42,717 nucleotides of DNA from a virus (IMGVR_UViG_3300017747_004151:1-42717), one strand, 5' to 3'. Positions 33,178-42,643 are shown, counted from the first letter of the stretch. The notes: generated by a model from the sequence alone, not told the origin. Numbers and translations: made by a program.

Positions 33178-34464
33178 TCAGCTCGCGTTCAGGTTGCTGT
33201 AGTCGCCCTTGATCAGCGCCGACGCCCGGTAGATCGCAAGGGCCAGGCGTTCCTCGGCGAGGATCGTGACCATGTTCTTCCGGAAGTTGTCGCTGTCCTC
33301 ACGGGAGAGCTCCACGGCTGCCTGCATGCGGTCCCAGATCTGGGCGGCCTGCGTGCCATTGGCGCACAGGAACTGGCCCCTCGGCATCGTGTTGGTCACG
33401 ACGACGGGGAGGCCCCAGAGGGTTGGTCCGACCATCGACTGCGGGTTCGCGATCACGTACTGATTCGTCGTGTCCTTGAGCAGTTCGATCTCTTCCCAAT
33501 CCTGCGGGTTGAGCACGTAGAACTCGGGATCGTACTCGGACAGCTGCAGCTGGGTGATTGCCCGGCGCAGGATGTCCAGCTTGGTTCCCGTGGCCAGGCG
33601 GTTAAACGCCGTGGCCGATGCCATGAGGCCCGTCAGCTGGCCGACGCTACCGTCCGCGAGCAGGATCTCTTCCTCCTCCTCGAGAGCCAGGCCGTAAAGC
33701 AGGCGTCCGTTGATGTAGGACTCCAGCATCGGTGCGTCCTCGAGCACCTGCGTCGAGACGAGGATGAAGTGCGCGATGGTCACCACCGGCGCGTTCGCCA
33801 GCGTGAAGGTGATATCCGACTCATTCTTCGTCTGGTTTTCGCCTGCTACCGTCGGGCTGCCGCCCACCTGGGGGCCGGCATTGTTCGTGAAGACGTTCTC
33901 TTTCACGTACTGCACGAGGTTGGACGAAGTCCGCCCGGAAGGGATCAGCTGCCGGATGCGCAGACGACGGTTCGGGGTCGTGATGACGCCCGGCACCCGC
34001 ATGTCCGGCACCAGCGGCTGGTTCTGCCCGGTGGCGTTCGTGATCGCCTTGATGTCGAAGGTGTCCGTTTCCAGGCGTGCCTTCTTCGTCAGGGTCCGAA
34101 TGCCCTTGTAGTCGGCAAGGTCGACGAACTGAGCACCCAGATTCTTGAGGGCCGCGCCCTCGGGAATGCGGTTGCTCTTGGCTTCGATCTTGTCGATGCG
34201 ATCGCCGAGGCCGTTGATCGTCTCGGTCAGGCTTGCGAGGGCCGTCTTGGTCTCGAGCGAAACCGCGCCGGCTGCCTTGATCTCATCGTTCGCCTTTTCG
34301 ACGAAGGACTTGATTTGCTTGTGGATGGCCAGGAACTGGGTCTGAAAGTCAGCCATCGACTTCAGGTCGGCGGCCGTCAGGTCGCCACCACCGGCGCCGC
34401 CGCCGGCGTCTGCTTTGGCGTCCATCAGGCGCCCGTGGATCATTCGCTGCAAATGCACGTTCAT
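33178..34464 (-). CDS. Major capsid protein, HK97 fold
   Basis: Coiled-coil delta domain; RRLRIRQLI, TIAH, QVLEDAP.L.SYI, LWGLPVV, DNFRKNMVTILAEERLAL. Confidence 0.97.
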   Translation of the reverse strand: MNVHLQRMIHGRLMDAKADAGGGAGGGDLTAADLKSMADFQTQFLAIHKQIKSFVEKANDEIKAAGAVSLETKTALASLTETINGLGDRIDKIEAKSNRIPEGAALKNLGAQFVDLADYKGIRTLTKKARLETDTFDIKAITNATGQNQPLVPDMRVPGVITTPNRRLRIRQLIPSGRTSSNLVQYVKENVFTNNAGPQVGGSPTVAGENQTKNESDITFTLANAPVVTIAHFILVSTQVLEDAPMLESYINGRLLYGLALEEEEEILLADGSVGQLTGLMASATAFNRLATGTKLDILRRAITQLQLSEYDPEFYVLNPQDWEEIELLKDTTNQYVIANPQSMVGPTLWGLPVVVTNTMPRGQFLCANGTQAAQIWDRMQAAVELSREDSDNFRKNMVTILAEERLALAIYRASALIKGDYSNLNAS

Positions 34465-34468
34465 GGGA

Positions 34469-35182
34469 TTACTCCGCGTTGAGAGAGTTAGGAAACTTCA
34501 GCGTCCTCAAGGTTTCCACCAGCTGGGAAACCGGCGCATTCCCTTCATCCCCGGGCTCTCCCCGGATAATCCGGCGCATGCGTGCCACGAAGGCCGTGGC
34601 GCTCGTCTTCGAAAAACCTGCAGCCTCACGCAGCAGGTCTTCCATATCGGCAAACGTTTCGCACTCATCGAGTGCGCTCTTGATGCTCTGGCCGTCGATC
34701 CGCGCTTCGCTCTCTGCGGGGATGCTGACCAGGCTGATCTCGTACAGGTCGAAGGCTTTAATCTTGCGGCCTACCATCTCGCCGCCTTGCTCGATCCAGT
34801 CTGCCTCGGTGGTGTACCCGCCGATGGACAGCCCGGAGAGGGCGCCGTGCTTCAGGCTTGCGGCGGCGTCGATCGCCTCGCTATGCCCGGGGGTGAGCTC
34901 GCCGCGAACGCGCAGGCCCTTGCTGTCCTCGGTCAGCGTCAGCCACTTGCCGGGGATCCGCCCGGGGTTGTGGCCGAAGAACATCATCGGGGTGCGGGCC
35001 TTCAGGGTGTTGGCAAATGCGCCCTTGATCACGGTGTCGCCGTAGCTGTCGACCCGGTCCCAGACGGACGCGTATCCCTCAAACTGGACCGCCTTCCCGG
35101 CCTCGCTGAACTTCAAATCGCAGGTAGTGAGCGGCAGGTCTCTGCGCTCTTGCACTCCCTTGACTCGCTGTTTCATCGCCAT
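34469..35182 (-). CDS. HK97-family prohead protease
   Basis: FEGYASV, D.YGD.V..GAF, H, GKW, GLSIG, LYEISLVSIPA. Confidence 0.96.
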   Translation of the reverse strand: MAMKQRVKGVQERRDLPLTTCDLKFSEAGKAVQFEGYASVWDRVDSYGDTVIKGAFANTLKARTPMMFFGHNPGRIPGKWLTLTEDSKGLRVRGELTPGHSEAIDAAASLKHGALSGLSIGGYTTEADWIEQGGEMVGRKIKAFDLYEISLVSIPAESEARIDGQSIKSALDECETFADMEDLLREAAGFSKTSATAFVARMRRIIRGEPGDEGNAPVSQLVETLRTLKFPNSLNAE

Positions 35183-35212
35183 GGCTGCTCTCCCCGGTTG
35201 GCAGATTGTGAG

Positions 35213-36862
35213 TTATGCGGCCTCGCCAAACAAGAGCAGGTCGGCGCGAGCTATGTCTTCGTCGTCGTGCTTCCAGTCGGCTTCCATATGGCCGCGCACC
35301 CAGTCGACCTCCTCCGTTGCCCGCGTCTCGATCGCCGCCAGCACCTCGAGGCGCCCGGCGGTCTGGTCGCCGCGCTCGAGCACCCGCGCGCGCACAACCA
35401 TGGGCAGGATCTCGACGGTCAGGAACGCCTGGTCTGGCTCCTCCGTGATCCTTGCCACCAGCTCGACGGGGGTCTGCGGTTGCGTGGTCGGTGGCTTCAG
35501 GCGGTTCCGGTAGCGGACAGGGAGCACTCCGCCGCCCGTCGCCGGGGTGTCGACCGCTGGGGCCTCGTATCCCGTGTCGACGGCTGCGCTCAGGGTGAGG
35601 TCGCCTAGGGTGGCGGTCAGCTGGGCCTCGCGCCCTCCGGGCTGCGTGGCAGCCTCGAGCGTCAAGTTTCCGAGGGTGGCCGCCAGTGCCGCCCGGATAT
35701 CGACCCGGGCCTGGCCGGCGACGGTCAGATTGCCGAGCGTCTGCTCGAGCCTGGCTCCCGTCTGCAGCCGGGCCGTGGCGGCCAGCGTCGTGTTGCCAAG
35801 GGTGCCGGTCAGGGAGGCCGTGATGCCGCCTTGGGTGGCATGGGCGGCCAGCGTCAGGGCGCCGAGGGTTTGCTGCAGCCTGGCGCTGATCCGGGCCGCG
35901 GCACCGGCCTGCAGCGTCATGTCTCCCAGCGTCTGGATCAATCGCCCGTTTACCCGCACCTGGGCAGCGGCCTGCAGCGTCATGCTCCCCAGCGTCTGCG
36001 TCAGGGTCGCGGTGATCTCGCCGTTGGTGATCGTGAATGCGGACGCCAGCGTGGTATCGCCGAGCGTGCCCGCAAGCCTGGCCGCAGTGCTTACCCGGCC
36101 GGTGGCCGCCAGCGTCGTGTTGCCGAGCGTGCCGGCCACCCGCCCATTGATCCGGATCTGGGCTGTCGCTGTTGGGGTAATCGCGCCCAGCGTTGCCGCC
36201 AGGCTCGCCGAAATCCCACCGGATGCCGGATTCAGGATCACCGCGAACGCGTGTTTATTGGTATCTACCGCCCCACTGAAGACGCCATCCATGTCTCCGG
36301 TGGCGCCCGACGCCGCAAGTACCTGGCTGGCTACTTCCCGTGCCCAGCGGGCTCCGCCTCCGTATGCATCCAGGTCTTCGGCAAATCCAGCGGGGCTCGC
36401 TGGGGCCGTCCACGTCCGCGATGACGAAGTGTGGAAGTTGCCAAAGTAAATCAGCGGCGAGTTGGCAGCTGCCGCGCTGATCGATGCGGCTCTGGCATTG
36501 TTGTTCGATGTCTCGTAGCTGGTATTTGAGACGACGTCGATCGGGTCTGCGGTATCGAACCCATCCCGGTATGCAATTACCTGTATGCCGGTCCGCTGGC
36601 TCCCGGCCCATCCCCACGTGTAATCCGCGGGCTCGCTGGCCGCGATCTTGTAGTACAGCCAGTGCCCGGATCCGCCGGTGGTTATGTCTTTTCCGAGAAG
36701 AGTCCACCCGGACGGACTGGTCGTTGGATCGGTGTCGGTGATCCTCTTTATGAGGGTAAAGAGGATATCTCCGTCTGCTACTCCAGACGGAGCGCCGGCA
36801 GCGCCGCCGGTCGATCCGGCGCTATCGTAGGCAGTGCCTGCGGCGACAAGTCCGAATGCCAT
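35213..36862 (-). CDS. Putative head fibre/decoration protein with ten ~21-aa TLG repeats
   Basis: Beta-rich N-domain (PSGW, YYKIA..EP..YTW), repeat stalk and acidic C-terminus; lies between portal and protease. Confidence 0.65.
   Translation of the reverse strand: MAFGLVAAGTAYDSAGSTGGAAGAPSGVADGDILFTLIKRITDTDPTTSPSGWTLLGKDITTGGSGHWLYYKIAASEPADYTWGWAGSQRTGIQVIAYRDGFDTADPIDVVSNTSYETSNNNARAASISAAAANSPLIYFGNFHTSSSRTWTAPASPAGFAEDLDAYGGGARWAREVASQVLAASGATGDMDGVFSGAVDTNKHAFAVILNPASGGISASLAATLGAITPTATAQIRINGRVAGTLGNTTLAATGRVSTAARLAGTLGDTTLASAFTITNGEITATLTQTLGSMTLQAAAQVRVNGRLIQTLGDMTLQAGAAARISARLQQTLGALTLAAHATQGGITASLTGTLGNTTLAATARLQTGARLEQTLGNLTVAGQARVDIRAALAATLGNLTLEAATQPGGREAQLTATLGDLTLSAAVDTGYEAPAVDTPATGGGVLPVRYRNRLKPPTTQPQTPVELVARITEEPDQAFLTVEILPMVVRARVLERGDQTAGRLEVLAAIETRATEEVDWVRGHMEADWKHDDEDIARADLLLFGEAA
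35571..36214 (-). repeat. Ten intragenic 21-24 aa repeats (L..TLG..TL.A)
   Basis: Visible in the translation; unit lengths 21,21,24,21,21,22,21,21,22 and a last unit of ~21. Confidence 0.85.
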
Positions 36863-36909
36863 TTAGATCTCGCCTTGTGCGCCATCTCCCTCCGCAGATG
36901 GCGATCCGC

Positions 36910-37320
36910 TTAAGCGTTGCCGCCCGTGAGCGAAAACGCCGTCATCGTCACCACCTGGCCCTCTGCCACTGCGATGTTGTCGACGGTCATGTCGCCACCG
37001 CCGCCGGTTGCGGTCACCGTGCCCTGCATCTGGCAGGTTGCCGGGCTGCCTGGTCCGCCCTTCAGCCTGAAGTGGCCGATGTTGCCGGCCGCGACGCCGA
37101 ATCCTGGCCACGTGCCGTTGATCGCCTTGACGCGCGCCGCCGCGGCCGTCATCCAGTCGGATCCCGGCTCGATGATGGCGAGCAGCGTTCCGCTGTCGGC
37201 GGTTTCCGGCGTCGCGGGTGGGGAACCAGAGCGCAGTTCGATATAGGGGAACGTGCCGAGGCTGGTCTCGATCTGATCCAGCCGGGCGTTTTCGAGAGCG
37301 ACCGAGGTTTGCAGCGTCAT
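36910..37320 (-). CDS. Putative virion decoration/fibre subunit
   Basis: NARLD.IE...G, GTLLA, GHFR, QGTV...GGGGDM.VDN..V..GQ.V....F.LT.GNA. Confidence 0.65.
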   Translation of the reverse strand: MTLQTSVALENARLDQIETSLGTFPYIELRSGSPPATPETADSGTLLAIIEPGSDWMTAAAARVKAINGTWPGFGVAAGNIGHFRLKGGPGSPATCQMQGTVTATGGGGDMTVDNIAVAEGQVVTMTAFSLTGGNA

Positions 37321-37330
37321 GGCAGTTCCT

Positions 37331-37693
37331 TCAAGGGTGAATGATCAGCAGTTGAGTGGCGCGGACGGTCTGGCCGATGCGGACGTAGTCCTGATCGGTG
37401 TCGAAGTCTCCTCCGGGTCCACGCTTGAGTTCGTCGAGCACTACGTTGCCGAGTCCGTTTACGACGCGTCCCATGCTCGGGGTGCCCTCGGCAATTGCGC
37501 GGACCTCCGTTGGGCTGTCGATCACGGTCAGTTCGTCGCCCTTTACCTGCGGCGGTGACGTCAGTGGAATGCGAGCGAGCACTCCCTCATTGCCGGCGCC
37601 GAGGATCTCGAGGTGCGCCTTGCCGTCACCCGCGCTGATCTCCGCGGCGACCGCCTGAAGTCTGGCCGACTTGATCGCCATCGGGTATTTCAT
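37331..37693 (-). CDS. Putative virion protein, distant paralog of the 136-aa gene
   Basis: K.ARL.AV, LEI, VLA.I, GGDF, GQTV line up with the neighbouring gene. Confidence 0.55.
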   Translation of the reverse strand: MKYPMAIKSARLQAVAAEISAGDGKAHLEILGAGNEGVLARIPLTSPPQVKGDELTVIDSPTEVRAIAEGTPSMGRVVNGLGNVVLDELKRGPGGDFDTDQDYVRIGQTVRATQLLIIHP

Positions 37694-39123
37694 GGGGAAA
37701 CCTCGTAAATCGGGACCGACGCCACGGTCTGGCCGTGCGCGTCCTTTATGTGCTCGACTCTCAGCAGCTTAGGCTTCGCCGGCTGCGGCACCGGCGCCGG
37801 CATCTGGGTGATCCGCTCTTTCAGCGACGCGAATTCTGCCACCATTTTCGCAACTTCGGGCTCCTCGGGTGCAACAGGAGGGGCCTTCGGTGCAACTTCC
37901 GGGGTCTTTCCGAGGTTCTCCAGCGTCGTCAGGGCGGTCTGCGCGGTCAGATCATTGCCGTCATCTCGGGGTGCCAATTTCAGCCTGGCCCGGCCCTCAT
38001 TGCGGGTCATCAGGCCGTTATTGGTCAAAGTGCTGAGAAACGTGCCCTGCGCGGCAGTATCTGCCCACATTAGGGGAGTTTCGTCGAATTCTACGAAGTA
38101 TTTGGCCCTTTCTGCCTGCGGAATGATGAACCGATTGATCGTGCTCTGGATCCGGCTGAGGTAGGGGCGCAGGGCGTAGAGCAGGAACGCGTTGTTATTC
38201 TGCTCGAGGCCGGTTCCCCAGCTGGTCTGGCCTTCCGTTTCCATCAGCAAAAACAGCGGAACGCCGAAGAATCTGGCGATTTCCTTGATCTCGAAGCTCC
38301 GGGTCTGCAGCATTTGCATGTCCTCGGGGCTCACCGTGATCGCCTGGTACTTGAGGCTCGCCTCGAGCAGCCAGAACCGCTTCCCGTCGGCGCCGTCCGC
38401 CAGGCCGCCGTACTCTTTCCGGACTTGCTCGCGTTGCTTGTCGGTCAGCAGCTTGTCCGATGTCATCACACCGGACGGCCGGCCTCCGCTCGCGAAGAAG
38501 GACCCGGCGTAGTCCTCCGCTGCGGCGGCCATCGCCATCGTGTTGCGTGCCATGCCGAGCGGCGAGAGGCCCATCACGCCGTCCAGGCTGAACGCCCGCA
38601 TATGGAGCGTGCGGTTCGCCGGCAGTTGCAGCACCTGGCCGCCGGGGCTCGGGTACTCGTAGCGGAGGGTCCGGTCTTCGTTGCGGAACACCCGCATGTT
38701 GTCGACCTTGTAGGGCCAGATCTCGATCGGCTTTCCTTCGGCATTCGGGACGATCTGGCTGTAAGCGTTCCCCCAGCCGGCCATCTGGCCTACCCATGCC
38801 TCGACCAATTCGTCGCCGGTCATGGTTTCGTTGGGCTCGCGGATCAGCCGGGAGAGCCAGTGCGAGTCTTTCAGGGGCTTCCGGTCGCCGTGGATGGTGC
38901 CCTCGTAGGCGCGGAGCGGCAGCTGGCTGCAGGTCTCCGAAAGCAGGCGGATGCAGCGGAACACGGCACCGATCGACAGGGCCTTTTCGTCGCTGATCGT
39001 GCGGCCGGCGCTGCTGAACCCGGTGGAGGTCGGTCCGGGCAGCTGCTCTCCCTTTTCCTGATTCCAGAGGGTACCCCATCCCAACATGCGGAAGGCCCAC
39101 GGCCAGCGTTCGCGGAGGTTCAT
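37690..39123 (-). CDS. Portal protein, HK97 family
   Basis: AVFRCI.LLS, PNE.MT, GNAY, G.MGLSP, EIARFFGVP, T.NE.R. Confidence 0.97.
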   Translation of the reverse strand: MNLRERWPWAFRMLGWGTLWNQEKGEQLPGPTSTGFSSAGRTISDEKALSIGAVFRCIRLLSETCSQLPLRAYEGTIHGDRKPLKDSHWLSRLIREPNETMTGDELVEAWVGQMAGWGNAYSQIVPNAEGKPIEIWPYKVDNMRVFRNEDRTLRYEYPSPGGQVLQLPANRTLHMRAFSLDGVMGLSPLGMARNTMAMAAAAEDYAGSFFASGGRPSGVMTSDKLLTDKQREQVRKEYGGLADGADGKRFWLLEASLKYQAITVSPEDMQMLQTRSFEIKEIARFFGVPLFLLMETEGQTSWGTGLEQNNNAFLLYALRPYLSRIQSTINRFIIPQAERAKYFVEFDETPLMWADTAAQGTFLSTLTNNGLMTRNEGRARLKLAPRDDGNDLTAQTALTTLENLGKTPEVAPKAPPVAPEEPEVAKMVAEFASLKERITQMPAPVPQPAKPKLLRVEHIKDAHGQTVASVPIYEVSP

Positions 39124-40874
39124 GCGCTCACCGGGTTCGATAGGTAGCCATCCAGGGAGGTCATGTCATCGCTCTCCGCGAGGCCGAAACACATAATCAG
39201 CGCGGTCATGCCGTCGATCTTGTCCGCTGACTTCTTGCGGTCCGGCGCCATGTTCATGTTCACGTCGCGTCTGGCGACCAGGTTGGCCGCCATCCAGCGC
39301 AGCACCGGGTCGCCGCCGTGCTGCAGTCGATCCGAAACGTACGCAGTCTCCATGGCCTTCATGGCCGGGTGGTAGCTCTGGGGGCCCTGCCTGAATTGCT
39401 CCATTGGGACGCCTTCCTCGAGCAGCTGATTCGCCAGCTGTCCTGCATTCCATGGGTCGTATCCCACCTTCCGCGGCGCAAAGCGTTCGCAGTCCTCGAG
39501 CACCTGCTTCCGCACCAGATCGTAATCGATGCTTGCGCCTTCGGTCTGCTGAAGGTTACCGGAACTCACCCACCCCGCATAGGGCACCGTCCTACGCTCG
39601 GTCCTCTGGGCCACCGCTTCGGCCGGTACCCAGAACCTCCCCCACGTGTAGAACCGCCCGGTCGTTTCGTTCAGCCAAAGCAGGCGCCAGGCGGCCATGT
39701 CGATCGTGCCGGCCATGTCGAGCGCTCCCCAGCAGGGCAGTCCGACCATGTCCTCGAGGCTGAAGGGTTCGCTGCCTCGGGACCACTTGTGCAGGTTGAT
39801 GAACCCGGAGGCGGTCGACGCCGGCCGGTTCAGCCGCTTGATCATGAACTCCGAGAGCGCGCTCGGCATGGCCGCGGCGTTGATCGCCAGCTTGCGCATT
39901 TCCGGGAGGATCAGGGGGTTCGAATAGATCAGCGGGTTGGCCTTCGGCCACTTGCTTTCGTCGAGCCAGTCGTCTTCGTCGTCGATCTGGAAAACGATCA
40001 CCAGCATATGGTCTGCCCGGAAAACGCGGCGCAGCACCATGCGCCCGAAGTTCCGCAGCTCCGCCCACGGGCCCGGGTTCTCGTACCCCTCGGTGGTGGT
40101 ATAAAGCGTCAGCGGGTTTTTCCTGGCGCCGGCCGCGGACCGCAGCACGTTCAGCAGGTCTGCAGTCTTGTGCGCGTGGATCTCATCCAGCTCTATGTGG
40201 CTCGGGTTCAGGCCGTCCTGCGTGCTTGCCTTGCTGTTGATGGGCTTGAAGAACCCGCCGACCTCCGCCCTGGTGATGCTGCTCGCGAACACCTCGAGGT
40301 CGAATGCCTCGCGCAGCTCCGGCCGTTTCTCGACCATCCGCTTGGCGACGTTGAACACGATCCGGGCTTGGCTGCCGGTGGTCGCCGCGCTGATCAGCTG
40401 CGGCCCGTTCTCGCGCTCGAGGCAGTAGCACGCCAGCAGGATCGCCGCGGCCAGGGTGGACTTCGCATTCTTGCGGGCGGTGCAGTAGATCGCCTCGGTG
40501 AACCGGCGCCCGGTCTCTCCCCGGAACCCGAACAGCTGCACGACGAAGAAGATTTGCGCGGGCTCGAGGATGATGAACTCGCTATCCCACTCTCCCTCGA
40601 CGTGCGGCAATTGCTCGATGAACGCGCACGCCTTGTTGGCCCAGTTGGCGCTGAACTTGAACGGTGGCCGCTTGCCGAGGGATCGCCGGAGGTCATCGAG
40701 GAACCGCCGGGCCGCCCAGCGAATCGTCCTGCAGTGCGCGCTCCGGCGAGTGTCGCCCATCGCCTCCTCTGCGTAGGCGATCGCGATCGACACGTAGTCG
40801 ACGTCAGTCTTCGAGTTCCTTGAGGCCCTCGAACGGGTTCGCGCCTGGCCGCTTTGGACGCTCAATCTTGACAC
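39120..40874 (-). CDS. terL: Terminase large subunit (start uncertain)
   Basis: ARKNAKST (Walker A), ELDEIH (Walker B), YTTTEG, ALDMA, YDPWN, KIDG. Confidence 0.97.
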   Translation of the reverse strand: MSRLSVQSGQARTRSRASRNSKTDVDYVSIAIAYAEEAMGDTRRSAHCRTIRWAARRFLDDLRRSLGKRPPFKFSANWANKACAFIEQLPHVEGEWDSEFIILEPAQIFFVVQLFGFRGETGRRFTEAIYCTARKNAKSTLAAAILLACYCLERENGPQLISAATTGSQARIVFNVAKRMVEKRPELREAFDLEVFASSITRAEVGGFFKPINSKASTQDGLNPSHIELDEIHAHKTADLLNVLRSAAGARKNPLTLYTTTEGYENPGPWAELRNFGRMVLRRVFRADHMLVIVFQIDDEDDWLDESKWPKANPLIYSNPLILPEMRKLAINAAAMPSALSEFMIKRLNRPASTASGFINLHKWSRGSEPFSLEDMVGLPCWGALDMAGTIDMAAWRLLWLNETTGRFYTWGRFWVPAEAVAQRTERRTVPYAGWVSSGNLQQTEGASIDYDLVRKQVLEDCERFAPRKVGYDPWNAGQLANQLLEEGVPMEQFRQGPQSYHPAMKAMETAYVSDRLQHGGDPVLRWMAANLVARRDVNMNMAPDRKKSADKIDGMTALIMCFGLAESDDMTSLDGYLSNPVSA

Positions 40875-41268
40875 GGGATCTGCTGCTCGGGGTGAACCCC
40901 ATCTCGCTGGCCGCCTTCATCATGATCTGGGCTTGCTTGTTCATCATGCTCAGGTAGGGCGACTGCATCGGCACGCCGGCCCCGGGGCTTTTGACCATCA
41001 TCCCGAATTGCGCGACCTTCTCCGCGGCCTCGCGGTGCGCGTCCGATGCCACCACCCAGACGGTAAAAATGGAACCGTCGAGATTCTTCAACAGGCCGGC
41101 CGGCGCAGTTTCCAGTGCGTATCGCCATGTCTCTTTCTGTCGGTCTGTCAGCCAATGCGGGGGCGCCGCCAGGTCGCCCTCTGGCAGCGGTTCTTGGGTA
41201 TTGAGCGGCCGCCTTCCGGCGTTGCCATCAAGGACCCGGAGGTACGTTGGCTTCGCTTTCCTGCCCAT
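40804..41268 (-). CDS. terS: Terminase small subunit, P27 family
   Basis: MGRKAKPT.L..L.GN.G.RPLN, PP.WL, QSPY, EMGFTPSSRSR. Confidence 0.95.
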   Translation of the reverse strand: MGRKAKPTYLRVLDGNAGRRPLNTQEPLPEGDLAAPPHWLTDRQKETWRYALETAPAGLLKNLDGSIFTVWVVASDAHREAAEKVAQFGMMVKSPGAGVPMQSPYLSMMNKQAQIMMKAASEMGFTPSSRSRVKIERPKRPGANPFEGLKELED

Positions 41269-42643
41269 AGACGCTGCTGAATAGGACCTTGTCGCCCTCT
41301 CTGATTGCCGGCTGCCCGGAGAATTCCTGCCACCGCTTGACGATGACGTCCACGAATTTCGGGTCCAGTTCCATCATATATCCGACCCGGCCCAGCTTGT
41401 GCGCCGCGATCAGCGTGCTCCCGCTCCCGCCGAACACGTCCAACACCCGATCTTTCGGCTTCGTGCTGTTGAGCAGCATGCGCTCGATCAGCGCCACCGG
41501 CTTCATGGTCGGGTGCTCTTTCGACCGCTGGGGCTTGTGCTCGAGGAGCACGGTCCCGGGCTGGCGCTGCACCTGTATGTCTTTGCCGGTCACCACCAGC
41601 GCCGTCTCGCCCAAGTAGATCAGGTACTGGTCCGGGGCGGTCTGCTCGAAGAGGTCGCCCTCGAACTCGAGGATGGTCGTCTTGTTCCGCTCGCCGTACC
41701 AGCGGTGGGCGGCGCCTGGCTTCCACCCGTAGAGGATCGGTTCGTGCTGCCAGTTGTAGTCGCTGCGGCCCAGCACCATGGAATTCTTGCGCCACACCAG
41801 GCAGCTCGCCATCTTGAACCCGGCGCCCTCGAACTCCCGGCGGAAGGTCAGGCCCTCGGTGTCGGCGTGCGCCACGTAGATCGGCGCTCCCTTGTGCATT
41901 GCGGTGAATGCGGACTTGAACGCCCGCTTGAGCAGGGCCGCGAACCGGGCCTCCGGCTTTGCGTCGTTCTGGATCTTGCCGGCGGCGTCGCTCTCGTAGT
42001 CGACGTTGTAGGGCGGATCCGTCCAGACGCAATCCGCGAGCTCGCCGGCCATCAGGAGTTTCACGGTCTCGGGCTCGCGGCTGTCGCCGCACATCACCCG
42101 GTGCTGGCCGCACAGCCAGACGTCGCCCAGCCTGGTCGCCGGGCGGCCTGGCAGGGCCGGGATGTCATCCTCGGCATCGGGGTTCGTGGTCGGGGCTTCG
42201 TCCGGGTAGAGGCCGTCGAGTTCCTCCTCGCTGAACCCCATCAGTTTCAGGTCGAAGTCTGCCTCCTCGAGGGCGTCGATCTCCGCCTTCAGCAGCTCCT
42301 CGTTCCAGCCGGCGTTCATCGCCAGCTTGTTGTCGGCGATCACGTAGGCCCGGACTTGGGCCTCCGTCCAATCCCGGGCGATGATCACCGGCACCCGGGC
42401 GTACTGATTCCGCATCGCGGCAAGTTTGCGGCAATGCCCGGCGATGATCGTGCCGTCGGGCTCGACGAGGATCGGGTTCGTGAATCCCCACTCGCGCATC
42501 GAGGCGGCGACTTGCTCCACCTGGGCGCCCGTGTGGGTGCGCGGGTTGCTCGGACGCTCTCGCAGGCGTTCGATCTCCCAGAGCTCCGTGGCGATGGCCG
42601 GCCACGGCTGCTGAATTGGCCCAGCGGCCTCTGAATCGGTCAC
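41228..42643 (-). CDS. ParB-like N-domain fused to an N6/N4 DNA methyltransferase
   Basis: NPRTH, GFTNPIL, IIAGH.R, IADNKL; TDPPYNV, HPTMKPV, VLDVFGGSGSTLIA. Confidence 0.93.
   Translation of the reverse strand: MTDSEAAGPIQQPWPAIATELWEIERLRERPSNPRTHTGAQVEQVAASMREWGFTNPILVEPDGTIIAGHCRKLAAMRNQYARVPVIIARDWTEAQVRAYVIADNKLAMNAGWNEELLKAEIDALEEADFDLKLMGFSEEELDGLYPDEAPTTNPDAEDDIPALPGRPATRLGDVWLCGQHRVMCGDSREPETVKLLMAGELADCVWTDPPYNVDYESDAAGKIQNDAKPEARFAALLKRAFKSAFTAMHKGAPIYVAHADTEGLTFRREFEGAGFKMASCLVWRKNSMVLGRSDYNWQHEPILYGWKPGAAHRWYGERNKTTILEFEGDLFEQTAPDQYLIYLGETALVVTGKDIQVQRQPGTVLLEHKPQRSKEHPTMKPVALIERMLLNSTKPKDRVLDVFGGSGSTLIAAHKLGRVGYMMELDPKFVDVIVKRWQEFSGQPAIREGDKVLFSSVYGQESEANVPPGP

Noticed and set aside
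12952-41268. Gene transfer agent cluster
   Set aside because: HNH, P27 TerS, candidate cos, early genes, its own regulator and no host flanks indicate a phage; only the tail tip is GTA-like.
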